Below, in pieces: positions 13,901 through 26,200 of a stretch of 64,000 nucleotides of DNA (the first letter of the stretch is position 1; every line of letters begins with the position of its first letter). Under the pieces are notes generated by a model, which was not told the origin of the DNA, did no database searches, and saw only the letters and a program-made list of their open reading frames with translations. Origin of the DNA: Azolla caroliniana (lineage: Eukaryota > Plantae > Polypodiophyta); the NCBI GenBank assembly GCA_043228905.1, contig JBHGNT010000026.1, forward strand, positions 446,248-510,247, given 5' to 3'. Both the position numbers and the translations under genes were made by a program.

Positions 13901-16200
13901 ATGGAATTACAAAATGAAGATTTTGAAACTCAGGTCGAGAGACATGACGAAATTACCAAATTTCAGGAGGGAGTTGAGAGGAGCCCTTGAGTAAATTAAA
14001 ATGTTCATACCTAGCGAGTGTGATATCGCACTTTTGTGTACAAACATGCGAATCGAAGCTAACAACGCTAGCTATGATATGGAATTAAAAAATCAAGACT
14101 TTGAAACTCAGGTCAAGAGACATGACGAAATTACTAAATTTGAGGAGGGAGTTGAGAGGGGCCCTTGAGTAAATTAAAATGTTCATACCTGGCTCGTGTG
14201 ATATCGGATTTTTGTGTTCAAACATGCGAATCGAAGCTAACAACGCTAGCTATGATATGGAATAAAAAAAACAAGATTTTGAAACTCAGGTCGAGAGACA
14301 TGACGAAATTACCAAATTTGAGGAGTGAGTTGAGAGGAGCCCTTGAGTAAATTAAAATGGTCATACCTAGCGAGTGTGATATCGGCTTTTTGTGTACAAA
14401 CATGCGAATCGAAGCTAACAACGCTAGCTATGATATGGAATTACAAAATGAAGATTTTGAAACTCAGGTCGAGAGACATGACGAAATTACCAAATTTGAG
14501 GAGGGAGTTGAGAGGGGCCCTTGAGTAAATTAAAATGTTCATACCTAACGAGTGTGATATCGGATTTTTGTGTTCAAACATGCGAATCGAAGCTAACAAT
14601 GCTAGCTATGATAGGGAATTAAAAAATCAAGATTTTGAAACTCAGGTCGAGAGACATGACGAAATTTCCAAATTTCAGGAGGGAGTTGAGAAGAGCTAGT
14701 AGGTAAATTATAATGTTCATACCTGGTTCGTGTGATATCGGATTTTTGTGTTCAAACATGCGAATCGAAGCTAAAAACGCTAGCTATGATATGGAATTAA
14801 AAAATCAAGATTTTGCAACTCAAGTCGAGAGACATGAAGAAATTACCAAATTTGAGGAGTGAGGTTGGAAGAGCGCGTGAGTGAATTAAAATGTTCATAC
14901 CTGGCTCGTGTGATATCGGATTTTTGTGTTCAAACATGCGAATCGAAGCTAACAACGCTAGCTATGATATGGAATAAAAAAAACAAGATTTTGAAACTCA
15001 GGTCAAGAGACATGACGAAAATACCAAATTTGAGGAGGGAGTTGAGAGGAGCCCTTGAGTAAATTAAAATGTTCATACCTAGTGAGTGTGATATCGCACT
15101 TTTGTGTACAAACATGCGAATCGAAGCTAACAACGCTAGCTATGATATGGAATTAAAAAATCAAGATTTTGAAACTCAGGTCGAGAGACATGACGAAATT
15201 ACCAAATTTGAGGAGTGAGTTGAGAGGAGCCCTTGAATAATTTAAAATGGTCATACCTAGCGAGTGTGATATCGGATTTTTGTGTACAAACATGCGAATC
15301 GAAGCTAACAACGCTAGCTATGATATGGAATTAAAAAATCAAGAGTTTGAAACTCAGATCGAGAGACATGACGAAATTTCCAAATTTCAGGAGGGAGTTG
15401 AGAAGAGCTAGGAGGTAAATTATAATGTTCATACCTGGTTCGTGTGATATCGGATTTTTGTGTTCAAACATTCGAATCGAAGCTAACAACGCTAGCTATG
15501 ATATGGAATTACAAAATCAAGATTTTGAAACTCCAGTCGAGAGACATGATGAAATTTCCAAATTTGAGGAGTGACGTTGGAAGAGCGCGTGAGTGAATTA
15601 AAATGTTCATACCTGGCTCGTGTGATATCGGATTTTTGTGTTCAAACATGCGAATCGAAGCTAACAACACTAGCTATGATATGGAATTACAAAATGAAAA
15701 TTTTGAAACTCAGGTCGAGAGACATGACGAAATTACCAAATTTGAGGAGGGAGTTGAGAGGGGCCCTTGAGTAAATTAAAATGTTCATACCTAGCGAGTG
15801 TGATATCGGATTTTTATGTTCAAACATGCGAATCGAAGCTAACAACGCTAGCTATGATATGGAATTACAAAATGAAGATTTTGAAACTCAGGTCGAGAGA
15901 CATGACGAAATTACCAAATTTGAGGAGGGAGTTGAGAGGGGCCCTTGAGTAAATTAAAATGTTCATACCTAGCGAGTGTGATATCGGATTTTTGTGTTCA
16001 AACATGCGAATCGAAGCTAACAATGCTAGCTATGATATGGAATTAAAAAATCAAGATTTTGAAACTCAGGTCGAGAGACATGACGAAATTTCCAAATTTC
16101 AGGAGGGAGTTGAGAAGAGCTAGTAGGTAAATTATAATGTTCATACCTGGTTCGTGTGATATCGGATTATTGTGTTCAAACATGCGAATCGAAGCTAAAA
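7935..16200 (+). repeat. 18-mer higher-order repeat (3204 bp), about 2.6 near-identical copies
   Basis: Offsets of 3204 at 7935->11139->14343, 8451->11655->14859, 9163->12367->15571, 9768->12972 and 10961->14165. Shared markers are GATAGGGAA, CTCAGATCG, CTAGGAGG, TTTTATGTTC and GATTATTG. Confidence 0.92.
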
Positions 16201-19200
16201 ACGCTAGCTATGATATGGAATTAAAAAATCAAGATTTTGCAACTCAAGTCGAGAGACATGAAGAAATTACCAAATTTGAGGAGTGAGGTTGGAAGAGCGC
16301 GTGAGTGAATTAAAATGTTCATACCTGGCTCGTGTGATATCGGATTTTTGTGTTCAAACATGCGAATCGAAGCTAACAACGCTAGCTATGTTATGGAATA
16401 AAAAAAACAAGATTTTGAAACTCAGGTCAAGAGACATGACGAAATTAGCAAATTTGAGGAGTGAGTTGAGAGGAGCCCTTGAGTAAATTAAAATGTTCAT
16501 ACCTAGCGAGTGTGATATCGGCTTTTTGTGTACAAACATGCGAATCGAAGCTAACAACGCTAGCTATGATATGGAATTAAAAAATCAAGACTTTGAAACT
16601 TACGTCGAGAGATATGACGAAATTAGCAAATTTGAGGAGGGAGTTGAGAGGAGCCCTTGAGTAAATTAAAATGGTCATACCTAGCGAGTGTGATATCGGA
16701 TTTTTGTGTACAAACATGCGAATCGAAGCTAACAACGCTAGCTATGATATGGAATTACAAAATGAAGATTTTGAAACTCAGGTCGAGAGACATGACGAAA
16801 TTACCAAATTTGAGGAGGGAGTTGAGAGGGGCCCTTGAGTAAATTAAAATGTTCATACCTAGCGAGTGTTATATCGGATTTTTGTGTTCAAACATGCGAA
16901 TCGAAGCTAACAATGCTAGCTATGATATGGAATTAAAAAATCAAGATTTTGAAACTCAGGTCGAGAGACATGACGAAATTTCCAAATTTCAGGAGGGAGT
17001 TGAGAAGAGCTAGTAGGTAAATTATAATGTTCATACCTGGTTCGTGTGATATCGGATTTTTGTGTTCAAACATGCGAATCGAAGCTAAAAACGCTAGCTA
17101 TGATATGGAATTAAAAAATCAAGATTTTGCAACTCAAGTCGAGAGACATGAAGAAATTACCAAATTTGAGGGGTGAGGTTGGAAGAGCGCGTGAGTGAAT
17201 TAAAATGTTCATACCTGGCTCGTGTGATATCGGATTTTTGTGTTCAAACATGCGAATCGAAGCTAACAACGCTAGCTATGATATGGAATAAAAAAAACAA
17301 GATTTTGAAACTCAGGTCAAGAGACATGACGAAAATACCAAATTTGAGGAGGGAGTTGAGAGGAGCCCTTGAGTAAATTAAAATGTTCATACCTAGTGAG
17401 TGTGATATCGCACTTTTGTGTACAAACATGCGAATCGAAGCTAACAACGCTAGCTATGATATGGAATTAAAAAATCAAGATTTTGAAACTCAGGTCGAGA
17501 GACATGACGAAATTACCAAATTTGAGGAGTGAGTTGAGAGGAGCCCTTGAATAATTTAAAATGGTCATACCTAGCGAGTGTGATATCGGATTTTTGTGTA
17601 CAAACATGCGAATCGAAGCTAACAACGCTAGCTATGATATGGAATTAAAAAATCAAGAGTTTGAAACTCAGATCGAGAGACATGACGAAATTTCCAAATT
17701 TCAGGAGGGAGTTGAGAAGAGCTAGGAGGTAAATTATAATGTTCATACCTGGTTCGTGTGATATCGGATTTTTGTGTTCAAACATTCGAATCGAAGCTAA
17801 CAACGCTAGCTATGATATGGAATTACAAAATCAAGATTTTGAAACTCCAGTCGAGAGACATGATGAAATTTCCAAATTTGAGGAGTGACGTTGGAAGAGC
17901 GCGTGAGTGAATTAAAATGTTCATACCTGGCTCGTGTGATATCGGATTTTTGTGTTCAAACATGCGAATCGAAGCTAACAACACTAGCTATGATATGGAA
18001 TTACAAAATGAAAATTTTGAAACTCAGGTCGAGAGACATGACGAAATTACCAAATTTGAGGAGGGAGTTGAGAGGGGCCCTTGAGTAAATTAAAATGTTC
18101 ATACCTAGCGAGTGTGATATCGGATTTTTATGTTCAAACATGCGAATCGAAGCTAACAACGCTAGCTATGATATGGAATTACAAAATGAAGATTTTGAAA
18201 CTCAGGTCGAGAGACATGACGAAATTACCAAATTTGAGGAGGGAGTTGAGAGGGGCCCTTGAGTAAATTAAAATGTTCATACCTAGCGAGTGTGATATCG
18301 GATTTTTGTGTTCAAACATGCGAATCGAAGCTAACAATGCTAGCTATGATATGGAATTAAAAAATCAAGATTTTGAAACTCAGGTCGAGAGACATGACGA
18401 AATTTCCAAATTTCAGGAGGGAGTTGAGAAGAGCTAGTAGGTAAATTATAATGTTCATACCTGGTTCGTGTGATATCGGATTATTGTGTTCAAACATGCG
18501 AATCGAAGCTAAAAACGCTAGCTATGATATGGAATTAAAAAATCAAGATTTTGCAACTCAAGTCGAGAGACATGAAGAAATTACCAAATTTGAGGGGTGA
18601 GGTTGGAAGAGCGCGTGAGTGAATTAAAATGGTCATACCTAGCGAGTGTGATATCGGATTTTTGTGTACAAACATGCGAATCGAAGCTAACAACGCTAGC
18701 TATGATATGGAATTACAAAATCAAGATTTTGAAACTCAGGTCGAGAGACATGACGAAATTACCAAATTTGAGGAGTGAGTTGAGAGGAGCCCTTGAGTAA
18801 ATTAAAATGGTCATACCTAGCGAGTGTGATATCGGATTTTTGTGTACAAACATGCGAATCGAAGCTAACAACGCTAGCTATGATATGGAATTAAAAAATC
18901 AAGATTTTGAAACTTACGTCGAGAGATATGACGAAATTAGCAAATTTGAGGAGTGAGTTGAGAGGAGCCCTTGAGTAAATTAAAATGGTCATACCTAGCG
19001 AGTGTGATATCGGATTTTTGTGTACAAACATGCGAATCGAAGCTAACAACGCTAGCTATGATATGGAATTACAAAATGAAGATTTTGAAACTCAGGTCGA
19101 GAGACATGACGAAATTACCAAATTTGAGGAGGGAGTTGAGAGGGGCCCTTGAGTAAATTAAAATGTTCATACCTAGCGAGTGTGATATCGGATTTTTGTG

Positions 19201-19980
19201 TTCAAACATGCGAATCGAAGCTAACAATGCTAGCTATGATAGGGAATTAAAAAATCAAGATTTTGAAACTCAGGTCGAGAGACATGACGAAATTTCCAAA
19301 TTTCAGGAGGGAGTTGAGAAGAGCTAGTAGGTAAATTATAATGTTCATACCTGGTTCGTGTGATATCGGATTTTTGTGTTCAAACATGCGAATCGAAGCT
19401 AAAAACGCTAGCTATGATATGGAATTAAAAAATCAAGATTTTGCAACTCAAGTCGAGAGACATGAAAAAATTACCAAATTTGAGGAGTGAGGTTGGAAGA
19501 GCGCGTGAGTGAATTAAAATGTTCATACCTGGCTCGTGTGATATCGGATTTCTGTGTTCAAACATGCGAATCGAAGCTAACCACGCTAGCTATGATATGG
19601 AATAAAAAAATCAAGATTTTGAAACTCAGGTCAAGAGACATGACGAAAATACCAAATTTCAGGAGGGAGTTGAGAGGAGCCCTTGAGTAAATTAAAATGT
19701 TCATACCTAGCGAGTGTGATATCGCACTTTTGTGTACAAACATGCGAATCGAAGCTAACAACGCTAGCTATGATATGGAATTAAAAAATCAAGATTTTGA
19801 AACTCAGGTCGAGAGACATGACGAAATTACCAAATTTGAGGAGTGAGTTGAGAGGAGCCCTTGAATAATTTAAAATGGTCATACCTAGCGAGTGTGATAT
19901 CGGATTTTTGTGTACAAACATGCGAATCGAAGCTAACAACGCTAGCTATGATATGGAATTAAAAAATCAAGATTTTGAAA
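14343..19980 (+). repeat. 13-mer higher-order repeat (2314 bp) overlapping and derived from the 18-mer
   Basis: Offsets of 2314 at 14343->16657->18971, 14859->17173->19487 and 15571->17885. The third copy is partial and more diverged. Confidence 0.82.
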
Positions 19981-21999
19981 CTCAGGTCGAGAGACATGAC
20001 GAAATTACCAAATTTGAGGAGTGAGTTGAGAGGAGCCCTTGAGTAAATTAAAATGGTCATACCTAGCGAGTGTGATATCGGATTTTTGTGTACAAACATG
20101 CGAATCGAAGCTAACAACGCTAGCTATGATATGGAATTAAAAAATCAAGATTTTGAAACTCAAGTCGAGAGACATGAAGAAATTACCAAATTTGAGGAGT
20201 GAGGTTGGAAGAGCGCGTGAGTGAATTAAAATGTTCATACCTGGCTCGTGTGATATCGGATTTTTGTGTTCAAACATGCGAATCGAAGCTAACAACGCTA
20301 GCTATGATATGGAATAAGAAAAACAAGATTTTGAAACTCAGGTCAAGAGACATGACGAAATTAGCAAATTTGAGGAGTGATTTCAGAGGAGCCCTTGAGT
20401 AAATTAAAATGTTCATACCTAGCGAGTGTGATATCGGCTTTTTGTGTACAAACATGCGAATCGAAGCTAACAACGCTAGCTATGATATGGAATTAAAAAA
20501 TCAAGACTTTGAAACTCAGGTCAAGAGACATGACGAAATTACTAAATTTGAGGAGGGAGTTGAGAGGGGCCCTTGAGTAAATTAAAATGTTCATACCTGG
20601 CTCGTGTGATATCGGATTTTTGTGTTCAAACATGCGAATCGAAGCTAACAACGCTAGCTATGATATGGAATAAAAAAAACAAGATTTTGAAACTCAGGTC
20701 AAGAGACATGACGAAATTAGCAAATTTGAGGAGTGAGTTGAGAGGAGCCCTTGAGTAAATTAAAATGTTCATACCTAGCGAGTGTGATATCGGCTTTTTG
20801 TGTACAAACATGCGAATCGAAGCTAACAACGCTAGCTATGATATGGAATTAAAAAATCAAGACTTTGAAACTTACGTCGAGAGATATGACGAAATTAGCA
20901 AATTTGAGGAGGGAGTTGAGAGGAGCCCTTAAGTAAATTAAAATGGTCATACCTAGCGAGTGTGATATCGGATTTTTGTGTACAAACATGCGAATCGAAG
21001 CTAACAACGCTAGCTATGATATGGAATTACAAAATGAAGATTTTGAAACTCAGGTCGAGAGACATGACGAAATTACCAAATTTGAGGAGGGAGTTGAGAG
21101 GGGCCCTTGAGTAAATTAAAATGTTCATACCTAGCGAGTGTGATATCGGATTTTTGTGTTCAAACATGCGAATCGAAGCTAACAATGCTAGCTATGATAT
21201 GGAATTAAAAAATCAAGATTTTGAAACTCAGGTCGAGAGACATGACGAAATTTCCAAATTTCAGGAGGGAGTTGAGAAGAGCTAGTAGGTAAATTATAAT
21301 GTTCATACCTGGTTCGTGTGATATCGGATTTTTGTGTTCAAACATGCGAATCGAAGCTAAAAACGCTAGCTATGATATGGAATTAAAAAATCAAGATTTT
21401 GCAACTCAAGTCGAGAGACATGAAGAAATTACCAAATTTGAGGAGTGAGGTTGGAAGAGCGCGTGAGTGAATTAAAATGTTCATACCTGGCTCGTGTGAT
21501 ATCGGATTTTTGTGTTCAAACATGCGAATCGAAGCTAACAACGCTAGCTATGTTATGGAATAAAAAAAACAAGATTTTGAAACTCAGGTCAAGAGACATG
21601 ACGAAATTAGCAAATTTGAGGAGTGATTTCAGAGGAGCCCTTGAGTAAATTAAAATGTTCATACCTAGCGAGTGTGATATCGGCTTTTTGTGTACAAACA
21701 TGCGAATCGAAGCTAACAACGCTAGCTATGATATGGAATTAAAAAATCAAGACTTTGAAACTCAGGTCAAGAGACATGACGAAATTACTAAATTTGAGGA
21801 GGGAGTTGAGAGGGGCCCTTGAGTAAATTAAAATGGTCATACCTAGCTGGTGTGATATCGGATTTTTGTGTTCAAACATGCGAATCGAAGCTAACAACGC
21901 TAGCTACGACATGGAATAAAAAAAAACAAGATTTTGAAACTCAGGTCAAGAGACATGACGAAATTAGCAAATTTGAGGAGTGAGTTGAGAGGAGCCCTT

Positions 22000-24900
22000 G
22001 AGTAAATTAAAATGTTCATACATAGCGAGTGTGATATCGGATTTTTGTGTACAAACATGCGAATCGAAGCTAACAATGCTAGCTATGATATGGAATTAAA
22101 AAATCAAGATTTTGAAACTCAGGTCGAGAGACATGACGAAATTACCAAATTTGAGGAGGGGGTTGAGAGGGGCCCTTGAGTAAATTAAAATGTTCATACC
22201 TAGCTCGTGTGATATCGGATTTTTGTGTTCAAACATGCGAATCGAAGCTAACAACGCTAGCTATGATATGGAATAAAAAAAACAAGATTTTGAAACTCAG
22301 GTCGAGAGACATGACGAAATTACCAAATTTGAGGAGTGAGTTGAGAGGAGCCCTTGAGTAAATTAAAATGGTCATACCTAGCGAGTGTGATATCGGATTT
22401 TTGTGTACAAACATGCGAATCGAAGCTAACAACGCTAGCTATGATATGGAATTAAAAAATCAAGATTTTGAAACTTACGTCGAGAGATATGACGAAATTA
22501 GCAAATTTGAGGAGTGAGTTGAGAGGAGCCCTTGAGTAAATTAAAATGGTCATACCTAGCGAGTGTGATATCGGATTTTTGTGTTCAAACATGCGAATCT
22601 AAGCTAACAACGCTAGCTATGATATGGAATTAAAAAATCAAGATTTTGAAACTCAGGTCGAGAGATATGACGAAATTAGCAAATTTGAGGAGTGAGTTGA
22701 GAGGAGCCCTTGAGTAAATTAAAATGGTCATACCTAGCGAGTGTGATATCGGATTTTTGTGTACAAACATGCGAATCGAAGCTAACAACGCTAGCTATGA
22801 TATGGAATTACAAAATGAAGATTTTGAAACTCAGGTCGAGAGACATGACGAAATTACCAAATTTGAGGAGGGAGTTGAGAGGGGCCCTTGAGTAAATTAA
22901 AATGTTCATACCTAGCGAGTGTGATATCGGATTTTTGTGTTCAAACATGCGAATCGAAGCTAACAATGCTAGCTATGATATGGAATTAAAAAATCAAGAT
23001 TTTGAAACTCAGGTCGAGAGACATGACGAAATTTCCAAATTTCAGGAGGGAGTTGAGAAGAGCTAGTAGGTAAATTATAATGTTCATACCTGGTTCGTGT
23101 GATATCAGATTTCTGTGTTCAAACATGCGAATCGAAGCTAAAAACGCTAGCTATGATATGGCATTAAAAAATCAAGATTTTGCAACTCAAGTCGAGAGAC
23201 ATGAAGAAATTACCAAATTTGAGGAGTGAGTGAATTAAAATGTTCATACCTGGCTCGGGTGATATCGGATTTTTGTGTTCAAACATGCGAATCGAAGCTA
23301 ACAACGCTAGCTATGATATGGAATAAAAAAAACAAGATTTTGAAACTCAGGTCCAGAGACATGACGAAATTAGCAAATTTGAGGAGTGATTTCAGAGGAG
23401 CCCTTGAGTAAATTAAAATGTTCATACCTAGCGAGTGTGATATCGGCTTTTTGTGTACAAACATGCGAATCGAAGCTAACAACGCTAGCTATGATATGGA
23501 ATTAAAAAATCAAGACTTTGAAACTCAGGTCAAGAGACATGACGAAATTACTAAATTTCAGGAGGGGGTTGAGAGGGGCCCTTGAGTAAATTAAAATGTT
23601 CATACCTAGCTCGTGTGATATCGGATTTTTGTGTTCAAACATGCGAATCGAAGCTAACAACGCTAGCTACGACATGGAATAAAAAAAAACAAGATTTTGA
23701 AACTCAGGTCAAGAGACATGACGAAATTAGCAAATTTGAGGAGTGAGTTGAGAGGAGCCCTTGAGTAAATTAAAATGTTCATACATAGCGAGTGTGATAT
23801 CGGATTTTTGTGTACAAACATGCGAATCGAAGCTAACAACGCTAGCTATGATATGGAATTAAAAAATCAAGATTTTGAAACTCAGGTCGAGAGACATGAC
23901 GAAATTTCCAAATTTCAGGAGGGGGTTGAGAGGGGCCCTTGAGTAAATTAAAATGTTCATACCTAGCTCGTGTGATATCGGATTTTTGTGTTCAAACATG
24001 CGAATCGAAGCTAACAACGCTAGCTATGATATGGAATAAAAAAAACAAGATTTTGAAACTCAGGTCAAGAGACATGACGAAATTAGCAAATTTGAGGAGT
24101 GAGTTGAGAGGAGCCCTTGAGTAAATTAAAATGTTCATACATAGCGAGTGTGATATCGGATTTTTGTGTACAAACATGCGAATCGAAGCTAACAATGCTA
24201 GCTATGATATGGAATTAAAAAATCAAGATTTTGAAACTCAGGTCGAGAGACATGACGAAATTACCAAATTTGAGGAGGGGGTTGAGAGGGGCCCTTGAGT
24301 AAATTAAAATGTTCATACCTAGCTCGTGTGATATCGGATTTTTGTGTTCAAACATGCGAATCGAAGCTAACAACGCTAGCTATGATATGGAATAAAAAAA
24401 ACAAGATTTTGAAACTCAGGTCGAGAGACATGACGAAATTACCAAATTTGAGGAGTGAGTTGAGAGGAGCCCTTGAGTAAATTAAAATGGTCATACCTAG
24501 CGAGTGTGATATCGGATTTTTGTGTACAAACATGCGAATCGAAGCTAACAACGCTAGCTATGATATGGAATTAAAAAATCAAGATTTTGAAACTTACGTC
24601 GAGAGATATGACGAAATTAGCAAATTTGAGGAGTGAGTTGAGAGGAGCCCTTGAGTAAATTAAAATGGTCATACCTAGCGAGTGTGATATCGGATTTTTG
24701 TGTTCAAACATGCGAATCTAAGCTAACAACGCTAGCTATGATATGGAATTAAAAAATCAAGATTTTGAAACTCAGGTCGAGAGATATGACGAAATTAGCA
24801 AATTTGAGGAGTGAGTTGAGAGGAGCCCTTGAGTAAATTAAAATGGTCATACCTAGCGAGTGTGATATCGGATTTTTGTGTACAAACATGCGAATCGAAG

Positions 24901-26200
24901 CTAACAACGCTAGCTATGATATGGAATTACAAAATGAAGATTTTGAAACTCAGGTCGAGAGACATGACGAAATTACCAAATTTGAGGAGGGAGTTGAGAG
25001 GGGCCCTTGAGTAAATTAAAATGTTCATACCTAGCGAGTGTGATATCGGATTTTTGTGTTCAAACATGCGAATCGAAGCTAACAATGCTAGCTATGATAT
25101 GGAATTAAAAAATCAAGATTTTGAAACTCAGGTCGAGAGACATGACGAAATTTCCAAATTTCAGGAGGGAGTTGAGAAGAGCTAGTAGGTAAATTATAAT
25201 GTTCATACCTGGTTCGTGTGATATCAGATTTCTGTGTTCAAACATGCGAATCGAAGCTAAAAACGCTAGCTATGATATGGCATTAAAAAATCAAGATTTT
25301 GCAACTCAAGTCGAGAGACATGAAGAAATTACCAAATTTGAGGAGTGAGTGAATTAAAATGTTCATACCTGGCTCGGGTGATATCGGATTTTTGTGTTCA
25401 AACATGCGAATCGAAGCTAACAACGCTAGCTATGATATGGAATAAAAAAAACAAGATTTTGAAACTCAGGTCCAGAGACATGACGAAATTAGCAAATTTG
25501 AGGAGTGATTTCAGAGGAGCCCTTGAGTAAATTAAAATGTTCATACCTAGCGAGTGTGATATCGGCTTTTTGTGTACAAACATGCGAATCGAAGCTAACA
25601 ACGCTAGCTATGATATGGAATTAAAAAATCAAGACTTTGAAACTCAGGTCAAGAGACATGACGAAATTACTAAATTTCAGGAGGGGGTTGAGAGGGGCCC
25701 TTGAGTAAATTAAAATGTTCATACCTAGCTCGTGTGATATCGGATTTTTGTGTTCAAACATGCGAATCGAAGCTAACAACGCTAGCTACGACATGGAATA
25801 AAAAAAAACAAGATTTTGAAACTCAGGTCAAGAGACATGACGAAATTAGCAAATTTGAGGAGTGAGTTGAGAGGAGCCCTTGAGTAAATTAAAATGTTCA
25901 TACATAGCGAGTGTGATATCGGATTTTTGTGTACAAACATGCGAATCGAAGCTAACAACGCTAGCTATGATATGGAATTAAAAAATCAAGATTTTGAAAC
26001 TCAGGTCGAGAGACATGACGAAATTTCCAAATTTCAGGAGGGGGTTGAGAGGGGCCCTTGAGTAAATTAAAATGTTCATACCTAGCTCGTGTGATATCGG
26101 ATTTTTGTGTTCAAACATGCGAATCGAAGCTAACAACGCTAGCTATGATATGGAATAAAAAAAACAAGATTTTGAAACTCAGGTCGAGAGACATGACGAA
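22000..26200 (+). repeat. 12-mer higher-order repeat (2119 bp = 12x178 - 18 + 1), two tandem copies; a third partial copy lies at about 28780-30420
   Basis: Offsets of 2119 at 22176->24295, 22710->24829, 23226->25345 and 23939->26058; 25345->29422 is 4077 (23x178 - 17). Shared markers are GATATCAGATTTCTG, GGCATT, CTCGGGTG and the 18-bp deletion. Confidence 0.9.
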
